A stretch of DNA of 64,000 bases, taken from assembly GCF_963921235.1 (NCBI RefSeq), contig NC_086097.1, positions 1,922,001-1,986,000 of the forward strand. The letters run 5' to 3'. The DNA comes from Mobula hypostoma (taxonomy: Eukaryota). The notes beneath the pieces were generated by a model that made no database searches, had not been told where the DNA came from, and saw nothing but the letters and a program-made list of their open reading frames with translations. A program made the translations under genes and the position numbers. Below are positions 36,184-47,564 of the stretch, in pieces; positions within the stretch are counted from its first letter, which is position 1; each line of letters starts with the position of its first letter.

Positions 36184-36696
36184 AGAATGATCCCAGGAAT
36201 GAAAGGGTTAACATATAAGGAGCGTTTGATGGCTCTGATGCTGTACTCGCTGGAGTTTAGAAGAATGGGGGGGGGGGGTATCTCATTGAAATCTATCGAA
36301 CAGTGAAAGGTCTAGATAGAGTGAATGTGGAGAGGACGTTTGTATCGTGGGAGAGGTCTAGGACAGCCTCAGAATAGAGCGGTCCATTTAGAACAGAGCT
36401 GAGGGGGAACTTCTTTAGCCAGAGGGTAGTGAATCTGTGGAATTCATTGCCACAAACAGCTGTGCAGACCAAGTAATTGAGAGTATTTAAAGTGGAGGTT
36501 GATTAGTTGAGGGATCAAAGGTTATGGGGAGAAGGCAGGTGAATGGTGTTGAGAGGGATAATAAATCAGCCATGATGGAATGGTGGAGCAGACTCGATGG
36601 GCTAAATAGCCTATTTCTGCTCCTATGTCTCATGGATAGTTTTATCAAAGAGCTGGCAGTACTGGTCTTAATTCTCTGTTACTGTTTTACCTTCAG

Positions 36697-36919
36697 CTTA
36701 CAAACAAAACTTTGAGTAGCAGCCACACGGAACTGGAGAACCGGCTGCACCAGCTGACTGAAACTCTGATCCAGAAGCAGACTATGTTAGAGGCCCTCAG
36801 TACTGAGAAGAACTCACTTTGCTTCCAGCTGGAACGTCTTGAGCAGCAACTGAAAAATAGCCAGGGCAGCAATGTTAACGGCCCTGTTATTAATGTATCA
36901 GCATTGGAAACTAACGAAG
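36697..36919 (+). CDS. GOLGA5: GOLGA5 exon (LTNKTLSSSHTELENRLHQLTETLIQKQTMLE...ETNE)
   Basis: ttttaccttcag|...GAAG|gtatgc, 223 bp, phase 0/1; strongly conserved ELENRLHQLTETLIQKQTMLE motif. Confidence 0.96.
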
Positions 36920-37160
36920 GTATGCAGGTAGTCATTGCTTTCATTTTCTTGCCTCTGGGGTTCTTGACTGGTGGGTGGCATGTTTCTTCAGATTCACATG
37001 AACTTTATTTGTCACAAGTACATCGAAACAGTGTCAAGTATTGTTTGCATCAAATCAGATCAGTGGCGATTGTGCTGGGCATCCCGTAAGTGTCGCTATG
37101 CTTCCGGCAGCAGCGTAGCGAATGTACAACGTGCGTTGGAATGTGGGAGGAAGCCAGCGA

Positions 37161-38197
37161 GATCACAGAGAGACCGTACAAAGTCCTTACAGTGCGATCA
37201 CAGAGAGACCGTACAAAGTCCTTACAGTGCGATCACAGAGAGACCGTACAAAGTCCTTACAGTGCGATCACAGAGAGACCATACAGAGTCCTTACAGTGA
37301 GATCACAGAGAGACCATACAGAGTCCTTACAGTGAGATCACAGAGAGACCGTACAAAGTCCTTACAGTGCGATCACAGAGAGACCGTACAAAGTCCTTAC
37401 AGTGCGATCACAGAGAGACCGTACAAAGTCCTTACAGTGCGATCACAGAGAGACCATACAGAGTCCTTACAGTGAGATCACAGAGAGACCGTACAAACTC
37501 CTTACAGCCTGATCACAGAGAGTCCGTACAAAGTCCTTACAGCCTGATCACAGAGAGTCCGTACAAAGTCCTTACAGCCTGATCACAGAGAGTCCGTACA
37601 AAGTCCTTACAGCCTGATCACAGAGAGTCCGTACAAAGTCCTTACAGTGAGATCACAGAGAGACCGTACAAAGTCCTTACAGCCTGATCACAGAGAGACC
37701 GTACAAAGTCCTTACAGCGCGATCACAGAGAGACCGTACAAAGTCCTCACAGTGAGATCACAGAGAGACCGTACAAACTCCTTACAGCCTGATCACAGAG
37801 AGTCCGTACAAAGTCCTTACAGCCTGATCACAGAGAGTCCGTACAAAGTCCTTACAGCCTGATCACAGAGAGACCGTACAAAGTCCTTACAGCCTGATCA
37901 CAGAGAGACCGTACAAAGTCCTTACAGCCTGATCACAGAGAGACCGTACAAAGTCCTGACAGCTTGATCACAGAGAGACCATACAAAGTCCTTACAGCGC
38001 GATCACAGAGAGACCGTACAAAGTTCTTACAGTGCGATCACAGAGAGACCGTACAGAGTCCTGACAGCCTGATCACAGAGAGACCATATAAAGTCCTTAC
38101 AGCGCGATCACAGAGAGACCGTACAAAGTTCTTACAGTGCGATCACAGAGAGACCGTACAAGGTCCTTACGGACTGATCACAGAGAGACCACACAAA
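37161..38197. repeat. 35-bp minisatellite, about 29 copies
   Basis: Unit GATCACAGAGAGACCGTACAAAGTCCTTACAG(TGC/TGA/CCT/CGC); embedded in a minus-strand V-SINE-like element (~37120-38270). Confidence 0.93.
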
Positions 38198-38827
38198 CGG
38201 CAGGAACTAAATCCCAGTTTGGCGATCACTGGTACTGTGAAGTGTTACACTATTAGCTATACAACCGTGCCAACCCTAAAGTTAATATTAAACCCTTAGT
38301 TTGAGTTAATTTACTTGCAAGGCGAGCATCTGTAATTGAATTCACTGAAGTTAAATTTACTATTGTATTTCTATCACACAGCATGGATGATTATGACAGC
38401 AGAAAAGAAGTTACAAAAAAACCGATAAAATGATAGTAATGTAGCCCAAGTCCCGGAGTGTCATGGCCTGTGGATTGATGGTGTGTGGGATGTTGTCCTG
38501 GGGCCACGTTTCTGCAAGAATGAGCCCACATAAGTTCCTCATCCTGTGTAAGAGCAGCTGCAGACAAAGGCTGTCCAGCTTGTCTTGCACCGAGCTGACA
38601 CTGGGGAGCAGCACCAGCATTTCACCCCCACAGGACATCAAAGCTGCATTGTGTTGGTGACTCAGGGTGGGTGGCCTGTTGTACTGGTGCACTGTGCAGT
38701 TAATCAATGATCCCCCTTGGTCCACGGAGATCTCACTCACATTTCCATTCAGTTTTGCTTTCTTTAAAAAAGACACAAATGTCTGAATTGCTGAAATATT
38801 TTAATGAATAAGTTGTACTTGAACTAG

Positions 38828-38930
38828 GTGCTCGTTTGAGAAGCGTCCCGGTTCTTTTTGGTGAACCAGATGGTTCAGTAGGAATGTATGGGAAAGTTCG
38901 CAAAGCTGCAAACACAATTGATCGATTCAG
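38828..38930 (+). CDS. GOLGA5: GOLGA5 exon (GARLRSVPVLFGEPDGSVGMYGKVRKAANTIDRFS)
   Basis: ctag|...AG|gtaagt, 103 bp, phase 1/2. Confidence 0.94.
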
Positions 38931-39098
38931 GTAAGTGTCTGCTGCTAACTATTTGTTCTAACATTTCTTTACTGAATCCGCAGTAATTGTGTACTTTTTG
39001 TGCACATTTGATTGGAACTTTATATTTCATAAGGTGATTTAATGTTTTATTTTCATTTTATTGATGGCATTCGAAATAACACCTCATGTCTTTCACAG

Positions 39099-39162
39099 CA
39101 TCCGGTTAGGAATTTTTCTGAGGAGATATCCAATCGCAAGGGTATTTGTAATTATTTATATG
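39099..39162 (+). CDS. GOLGA5: GOLGA5 exon (IRLGIFLRRYPIARVFVIIYM)
   Basis: tctttcacag|...ATG|gtgagt, 64 bp, phase 2/0; start of the transmembrane segment. Confidence 0.96.
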
Positions 39163-39338
39163 GTGAGTTTATTCTTTTACCAGTTACAATTTATGACTGA
39201 AGTATTATAGTATGTCATAGTGCTTAGGGTTTGACTTAGCTTAAAGCGTCTACTGGAATTAGTGGTCTCTGCCAGGCCGATGAGTTAATAGCACCACGGA
39301 AAACCTTTAATACCACACTGAGTTCAGACCTGTGTTTC

Positions 39339-39888
39339 CAACTGCTCTGTCTACACTGAACCGGGGGGGGGGGGGGTCACACAACTGCTCTGTCTACACT
39401 GAACCGGGGGGGGGTGACACAACAACTGTTCTGTCTACACTGAACCGGGGGGGGGGTCACACAACTGCTCTGTCTACACTGAACCGGGGGGGGGGGGTGA
39501 CACAACAACTGTTCTGTCTACACTGAACCGGGGGGGGTGACACAACAACTGCTCTGTCTACACTGAACCGGGGGGGGGGGGTGACACAACAACTGCTCTG
39601 TCTACACTGAACTGGGGGGGGGGGTCACACAACAACTGCTCTGTCTTTACTGAACCGGCGGGGGGGTCACACAACAACTGCTCTGTCTACACTGAACCGG
39701 GGGCGGGGGGGGGTCACACAACTGCTCTGTCTACACTGAACCGGGGGGGGGGGGTGACACAACAACTGTTCTGTCTACACTGAACCGGGGGCGGGCAGGG
39801 GGGGTCACACAACTGCTCTGTCTACACTGAACCGGGGGGGGGGGTCACACAACTGCTCTGTCTACACTGAACCGGGGGGGTCACACAA
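39339..39888. repeat. ~38-46-bp minisatellite with a variable poly-G tract, about 13 copies
   Basis: Unit ACAACTGCTCTGTCTACACTGAACC(G)nT(C/G)ACAC. Confidence 0.92.
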
Positions 39889-41074
39889 CCACAAATGTTC
39901 CAACTACACCGAACTCTTCATCGATGTTCCTGCTGCTGATGTCACACTGAATGAAATGGAGATTGAAAAATCTGATCTGAAAATGCAGCTGCATAAACCA
40001 CAGGCTGATGTGTTCACCCTCGGTGTTGGCTCCCAAGAAGTCTGAAGGATTCCCGTCAGGCCGTGTTGTGTCAACTCTCTTCATGGTCTGTCTGTCTGAG
40101 TGAATGATGAGTTATTCTCTTGAGCTGCTGACTGAAGGCAAAGATGAGAGTGAGATAAATTCTAAATACTCTTTATAAATATCACTCTTTTATTGCAGTC
40201 TTGCTAAGCCGAGGGTTAGAACATAGAGCATCGAACAGTCCAGCACAGAAACAAGCCCCTCGGCCCAACCAAACAACTTAATTAGTGATCAAATGGCCAA
40301 TTAAACTGATCCCTTCTGCCTACACAATCTCGATATCCCTCCATTTCCCTCACGTTCATGTACCTATCTAAACATCTCTTAAAAGCCTCTGTGTATCTGC
40401 CTCTACCCCACCCCGGCAGTGTATTCCAGGCACCTCACTACTCTCCGTTTGTAAAAACATTACTCCTCAGATCTCCTTTGAGGTTACCCTCTCTGACCTT
40501 TAATGCATGCCCTCTGATATTATAACTTTTTAGCCTGGGAAAAAAAGTACTGTCTGTCTACTCTCTGCCTTTCATAATCTTTTAAACTTCCATCAAATCT
40601 TCCCTCAGCCTGTTAGTAGCTATATGTCCATTCTGGTCTCTGTTTCCCAGCATTCTGCACTGAAGGACACGGGAAATGAGGTTGTCCTGCACAGCAACAT
40701 TTCGGCATAGCTGCACAGGTGTAGTCTGTTATTAGTTATAAATTGACAAGTGTTTGAAACTGGGGAATTCAATACTAATGATCCTGAAGTGCTGTGATAT
40801 TATATTGTTCAGCGTACCAACACACAATGCTCTGGAATTCATTACTGAGGAAGGTACAACTGGTGAGAGAAGTTCTGTTTGTCTCCACGTTTGGACAGTT
40901 GAGTGTGAGGAAGGATAAAGTCTGTTCTGACTAAAATCTACCCTGCCGATTACCTGCTCATTGCAGACAGGTTCAGTCACTTTTTGTTTGGACTCACAGT
41001 GCTGGCTACTAACTTAAAGGAAAAAAATGTGAGTTTAAATCTGTATTAAAATCACAATACAGAACTCAATTTAG

Positions 41075-42955
41075 ACCATCAGGCCATAAGACATAAGAGC
41101 AGAATTAGGCCATACAACCCATTGAGTCTGCCCCGCCATTCCATCACGGCTGATCCTGGATCCCACTCAACCCCACACACCTGCCTTCTCGCCATATCCT
41201 TTAATGCCCTGACCGATCAGGAAACTAACAACTTCCACCTTAAATATACCCATGGACTTGGCCTCCATTGCAGTCTGTGGCAGAGCGTTTCATAGATTTA
41301 CTACTCTGGCTAAAAAAATTCCTCCATACCTCTGTTATAAAGGGTCACCCCTCAATTTTGAGGCTGTGCCCTCTAGTTCTGGATATCCCCACCATAGGAA
41401 ACATCATCTCCACATCCACCCTATCTAGACCTTTCAACATTCAGTAGGTTTCAGTGAGATCTCCCCATAGTCTTTTAAATTCCAATGAGTACAGGCCCAA
41501 AGCTGCCAAATGCTCCTCATATGTTAACCCTTCATTCCTGGAATCATCCTTGTGAACCTCCTCTGGACTCTGCAATGACAACACATCCTTTCTAAGATAT
41601 GGGGTCCACAACTGTTGACAATACTCCCAAGTGAGGCCTGACTTGTGTCTTATAAAGGCTCAGCATTATCTCCTTGTTTTTATATTCTATTCCCCTTGAA
41701 ATAAATTCCAACGTTGCATTTGCCTTCTTTACCACAGACTCAACCTGTAAATTAACCTTCTGGGAGTCTTGCACGAGGACTCTCTCTGCACCTCTGATGT
41801 TTGAACCTTCTCCCCATTTAGACAATAGTCCGCACAGTTGTTTCTTTTACCAAAATGCATTACCATACATTTCCCAATGCTGTATTCCACCTGCCACATT
41901 TTTGCCCATTCTTCCAGTTTGTCTAAATTCTGCTGCAATCACATTGCTTCCTCAGCACTACCTACCCCTCCAACTATCTTCGTATCATCTGCAAACTTTG
42001 CCACAAAGCCCTCAATTCCATTATCTAAATCATTTACAAACAATGTGAAAAGTAGTGGTCCTAATACTGACCCCTGAGGAACACCACTAGTCACTGGCAG
42101 CCAACCAGAAAAGGACCCTTTTATTCCCAATCATTGCTTCCTGCCTGTCAGCCATTCCTCTATCCATGCCAGTATCTAAGATAGGATTTTATCTTGTTAA
42201 GCAGCCTCATGAGTGGCACCTTATCAAACGCCTTCTGAAAATCCAAGTAAATGACATCCACTGACTCTCCTTTGTCCACCCTGCTTGTTACTTCCTTGAA
42301 GAACTCTAACAGATTTGACAGGCAAGATTTCCCTCTACAGGAACCATGCTGACTTTGGCTTATTTTGTCATTAGTCTCTAACTACCTCAAAAGCTCATCG
42401 TTAATAATAGACTTTCTCAACCTCTGAGGTTAGGCTAACTGGCCTATAATTACCTTTCTTTTATCTTCCTCCCTCCTTAAAGAGTGGAGTGACATTTACA
42501 ATCTTCCAGTCCTCTGGGACCATGCCAGAATCAAGTGATTCTTGAAAGATCATGACCAAGGCATCCGTTATCTCTTCAGCAACCTCTCTCAAGACTTGGC
42601 CCAGCTGACTTATCCACCTTACCATCTTTCAGTTTGCCTAGCACTTTTTCCTATGTAATAGCAATGGCACTCACTCCTGCTCCCTGACACTGATGAACCT
42701 CTGACACACTACTAGTGTCCTCCACAGTGAAGCCAGATGCAAAATACCCAGTAAGTTCATTGGCCATTTCTTTGTCCCCCATTACTACCTCACCAGCATC
42801 ATTTCCCAGTGGTCCAATATCAAATCTCACCTTCTTTTTACTCTTGATATAACTGTAAAAACTTTTGGTATCCTGCTTTATATTATTGGCTAAACTGCCC
42901 TCACATTTCATCTTTTCCCTTCTCATAGCTCTCTTAATGCTTTTTGCTGGATTTT
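41075..42955 (-). mobile_element. Degenerate CR1 LINE in the last GOLGA5 intron
   Basis: GVPQGSVLGPLLF, FADD (41939..42130); KSFYSYIKSK (42651..42926). Confidence 0.88.
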
Positions 42956-43144
42956 ATATGGGCCTGTTGGGTTTGACACAGCTACAGGGTGTGAATGGTG
43001 AAGAGGCCCACTAATAAATCCTGCAGCCCAAACTACTGAAAACTGATTGTTAGTGAAACTCTCTGATTTTCTCAAAATCATAGAGTAGATGCTTCTCTCA
43101 ACATTTCCTTACCCTGTTTGGTTAAAAGATTATTTCTCTTGTAG

Positions 43145-43231
43145 GTGCTGCTGCACTTGTGGGTGATGATAGTGCTCCTGACTTACACCCCGGAGATCCA
43201 CCATGGTTCCTCACAACCGGGCGGCAAGTGA
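43145..43231 (+). CDS. GOLGA5: GOLGA5 terminal coding exon (VLLHLWVMIVLLTYTPEIHHGSSQPGGK*)
   Basis: tttctcttgtag| acceptor; TM helix with the golgin-84 LHLWV motif; TGA at 43229-43231. Confidence 0.96.
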   Translation: MLLHLWVMIVLLTYTPEIHHGSSQPGGK

Positions 43232-43487
43232 GAAGAAATGGATATGGACCCATCAGAGAGGGATTTGGGTTGCTCTGTACACACATAACTATACCAACAT
43301 GTCGATGCAAATTGCAGAACCAGTTAACTATTGGCTTTAATCACCAAATCAGTAGTTTCAGAGTTTTAATTTTCAGCCTCTTATCTTGGCATTTTCACAA
43401 TCGCCATACACATTAGAATCTGTACATATATAGTGGTTATGTAGTTATACTGAGGGACAGAAACAACTTGATTGTGCAATATCTTTT

Positions 43488-43493
43488 AATAAA
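43488..43493 (+). promoter_or_regulatory. Candidate GOLGA5 polyadenylation signal
   Basis: First AATAAA after the stop (about 260 nt downstream), followed by GT/T-rich sequence (tgttgtttctt). Confidence 0.6.
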
Positions 43494-43611
43494 CTCATTC
43501 CAAAAATGTTGTTTCTTAAATATATGTTCAACATTATTCCATAATACAGGAATGAGAAAAGGTGGCACATGTCAATGTCATTAGGTTCTGTTCTGTAATC
43601 TGACCTGAATA

Positions 43612-45870
43612 GACCATAAGGCCATAAGGCCATAAGATATAGGAGCATAAGCAGGCCATTTGGCCCATCGAGTCTGCTCCACCATTCAATCATGGGCTGA
43701 TCCAATTTCTCCAGTCATCCCCACTCCCCTGCCTTCTCCCCATACTCTTTGATGCCCTGACTAATCAACAACCTATCTGTCTCTGCCTTAAATACAGCCA
43801 ATGACTTGGCCTCCACAGCTGCTCATGCAACAAATTCCACAGATTTACCACCCTATGACTAAAGTAATTTCTCTGCATCTCAGTTCCAAATGGACGTTCT
43901 TCAATCCTGAAGTCGTGCTCTCTTGTCCTAGAATCCCCTACCATGGGAAATAACTTTGCTGATCTGTTCAGGCCTTTTAACATTCGGAATGTCTCATTCT
44001 GAACTCCAGGGAATACAGTCCAGGAGCTGCCAGACATTCCTCATACGGTAACCCTTTCATTCCTGGAATCATTCTCGTGAATCTTCTCTGAACCATCATT
44101 CTCATGAATCTTCTCTGAACCCTCTCCAATGTCAGTATATCTTTTCTAAAATAAGGAGCCCAAAGCTGCACACAATACTCCAAGTGTGGTCTCACGAGTG
44201 TCTTATAGAGCCTCAACATCACATCCCTGCTCTTATATTCTATACCTCTAGAAATGAATGCCAACATTGCATTTGCCGCCTTCACCACTGACTCAACTTG
44301 GAGGTTAACTTTTAGGGTATCCTGCACAAGGATACGCAAGTCCCTTTGCATCTCTGCATTTTGAATTCTCTCCCCATCTAAATAATAGTCTGCCTGTTTA
44401 TTTCTTCCACCAAAGTGCATGACCATACACTTTCCAACATTTTATTTCATTTGCCACTTCTTTGCTCATTCCCCTAAACCAGGGGTCCCCAACCTTTTTT
44501 GCACCGCGGACCGGTTTATTAATGACAATATTCTTGCGGACCAGCTGACCGGGTGGGGGTAGGGTTGCCAACGTACAAGAGTAGCAGTCAAATACATTGT
44601 GTTTACCTCAGAAAGACTACAATGACCATGAAGCCTTGCGCGGGCACCTGTGTGCACATGCGTGCCGTGTACGTGCCGATTTTTTTTCTACAAGTCGTTT
44701 TTGGCGATTCTGTTCAGTGAAACTACTCTATATAGGCTGTGTATCATATTCCTGCTTTTACTATATGTTAGTGTTGTTTTTGGTTTTATGTGTTATTTGC
44801 TATGATTTGGTAGGTTATTTTTTGGGTCTGGGAACGCTCAAAAACCGTTCGCATATACAAACGTCTGTAAATTAAGGGTAATTGCTTCTTCATTTGACGC
44901 CATTTCATTTTACGAATAGTTTCATAGGAACGCTGTACCTTAGCGAGGGAAATATGGGACAACGGCGGTCCCGTATGGGACAAACCAATTTCGCCCAATA
45001 TACGGGATGTCCCGGCTAATACGGGACAGTTGGCAACCCTGGTTGGGGTGGGTGGTGGTGTTAATCATGACCGGAATATAGGTGTTAAGTCACTTATAAG
45101 TGGCTAATACACTCAATTTTGTTTTAAAAGGGTTTATCTAACGAATTCAATATTAAACACACAGCGCATATTTTCCTTGCATGAATATAGTGATAAGTCA
45201 ATTATAAGTCACTTATAAGTCAATAGCATCATAACATTTTAAGTAACGTTTGGATATTAAATACACAGCACATATTTTCCCCGTATGAACATGTAAAATC
45301 ATTGCAACACACCAATATAGCTGAATCAGTGGGAGCCCTGGGCTTGTTTTCCTGCAACAAGACGGTCCTATCGAGGGGTGATGGGAGACAGCGATACTCG
45401 AAGGGGGTTCCTTATGTCCAGTCTATTCCACAATTTAGTTTTTGTTGTATTCATTGCAGAGATATGTTGGAAATGGAAGCAACGTTTTCAGTGCTTTCGT
45501 GGCTATCTCAGGATATTCAGCCTTGACTTTGATCCAGAATGCCGGCAGAGATGTTATGTCAAACATACTTTTCAGCCTGCCATCATTTGCAAGCTCGAGG
45601 AGTTGATCTCCTTCCCGCGCTGACATGGATGACACGTGTGTTCAAGTTCAACAGTGGGCATGACAAGGAATGAGGAAAGGTGCAGCTGACTCATATTGCC
45701 AAATCATATCATTTCCTCGCGGCCCGGTGGTTGGGGATCACTGCCCTAAACTGTCTGTCTCTCTGCAGGCTCTCTGTTTCCTCAACACTACCCGCATCTC
45801 CACCTATCTTTGTATCATCGGCAAATTTAGTCACAATTCCATTAATCCCATAGTCCAAATCGTAGACATA
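43612..45870 (-). mobile_element. CR1 3' fragment split by a Buster element
   Basis: RPHLEYCVQLW (43977..44426); CR1 sequence resumes at 45752. Confidence 0.82.
44480..45743 (-). mobile_element. Non-autonomous hAT/Buster (Charlie-like) transposon
   Basis: Perfect 8-bp TSD CCCTAAAC (44472-44479, 45744-45751) with central TA; TIRs CAGGGGTCCCCAACC and GGTTGGGGATCACTG; remnant FWIKVKAEYPEIATKALKTLLPFPTYLC. Confidence 0.92.
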
Positions 45871-46244
45871 TGTCTTAAGTGCAGTATTTTAACTGTTCCT
45901 TCATTAGCGAATTTCCAGGGAGAAAGGAATTGTCGACAGCATGAGGCATGCGGAAGGGCCGATCTAAAGGGGGAGCGAGGGGGGAGACAGAGGCCAGTAG
46001 ATAATAATGGATCAAAGAGCGATGATGGCCAGTTCGAGCAGGAGCAGGAGGAGAGAAGCTGTGGAATTGGAAGACGAAGGCAGGTGGATGAAAGATGAAA
46101 TCAGACGAGGGTTTAAAAAAAATGGATGTGGAAGCAAGTGGGAGAGGAAAGTCAGGTTTAATATCACCAGCTTATGTTGTGAAATTTGCTTTGTGGCAGC
46201 AGTACAGTGCAATATATAATAAAATCTATAAAGTACAATAATCA

Positions 46245-47075
46245 CCTCTCGCAGCTCTAATCTGCTAATTAAATTTGCCGACGACACTGCATTGATCGGC
46301 TCTATCTCAAACAATAACGAGGTGGCCTACAGGGAAGAAATCATCTCTCTGACACTGGTGTCAAGAAAACAACCTCTCCCTCAATGTCACAAAAACAAAG
46401 GAGCTGGTTGTGGACTACAGGAGGAATGGAGACAGGCTAACCCCTATTGATATCAATGGATCTGGGGTTGAGAAGGTGAACAGCTTTAAGTTCCTCGGCA
46501 TCCACATCACTGAGGGCCTCATGTGGTCTACACACCAACTGTGTGGTGAAAAAGACACAACAGCACCTCTTTTACCTCAGACGGTTGAAGAAGTTTGGTA
46601 TAGACCCCCAAATCCTAACAATTTCCTACAGGGGCACCATTGAGAGCATCCTGACTGGCTGTATCACTGCCTGGTATGGGAACTGTACCTCCCTCAATCG
46701 CAGGACTCTACAGAGAGTGGTGCGGACAGCCCAGCACATCTGTAATTGTGAACTTCCTGTCATTCGGGACATTTACAAAGACAGGTGAGTAAAAAGGGCC
46801 TGTAGGATCATTGGGGACCCAAGTCATCCCAACCACAATCTATTACAGCTGCTACCATCTGGGAAACGGTACCGCAGCATAAAAGCCAGGACCAACAGGC
46901 TCCGAGACAGCTTCTTCCACCAGGCCATCAGACTGATTAATTCACGCTGATCTGAGTGTACTCTATATTACATTGACTGTTCTATCTATTATAAATTATT
47001 ATAAATTACTATGATTGCTCATTGCACATTTAGATGGAGACGTAATGTAAAAATTTTTACTCATGTATGTGAAGG
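46245..47075 (+). mobile_element. L2/Rex-like LINE 3' fragment
   Basis: KFADDT, KTKELVVDYRR, FKFLGIHITE, IESILTGCITAWYG. Confidence 0.85.
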
Positions 47076-47491
47076 ATGTAAGAAATAGAACAAGTAGTGC
47101 AAAAATGAGCAAGGAAAATGGGTGTTGTTGATGGGTTCATTGTCCATTCAGAAATCTGATAGTGGAGGGGAAGAAATGGTTCCTGAAATGTTGCGTGTGT
47201 GTTGTCAGGCTCCTGTACCTCCTCCTCAATGGTTGCAGAGAGAAGAGGGCACGTCCTGGGTGATAAGTTGATACAAGTGCTCGAGCCTGAGCAGTAAGGA
47301 AGGTGATAATGGGAACCGTAAAGGGAAGGTGGACCCAGAAGGGGGAGGAGATGAGGACCAGAGTCAGGAAGGGGACAGAAATGGCTGATGGGGGGGGGGG
47401 GGGTCGGAACGCATTGTAAGAAATGGAACAAAAGATGGGAGGTGGATTGCAGAGATAGAGAGGAAAACACCAGGGAGGGAGTTACCTGTAA

Positions 47492-47564
47492 GCCCAGGTA
47501 GCTCAGTCAGTGGAGCGTGAGCTGTTTAATTTCAGAGTTGTGCGTTTGAGCACTAAGTTGGATA
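47492..47564 (+). pseudogene. tRNA-Lys(CTT)-derived pseudogene
   Basis: GCCCAGGTAGCTCAGTCAGTGGAGCGTGAGCTGTTTAATTTCAGAGTTGTGCGTTTGAGCACTAAGTTGG aligns over its length to vertebrate tRNA-Lys-CTT as recalled; stems and B box broken. Confidence 0.75.

Noticed and set aside
37161..38197. CRISPR-like array (also 4181, 16942, 23466, 39339)
   Set aside because: Head-to-tail units with no unique spacers, no cas genes, eukaryotic intron context
36971..38299. Several ORFs of RSQRDRTKSLQ repeats
   Set aside because: Translations of the 35-bp VNTR
39890..40990. Unique-looking stretches in the last intron as an extra exon or C/D snoRNA
   Set aside because: GOLGA5 frame is already complete; no recognisable homology; no canonical C box with a terminal stem
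47492..47564. Functional tRNA-Lys gene
   Set aside because: Acceptor, anticodon and T stems mismatched; B box reads GTTTGAG; no poly-T terminator
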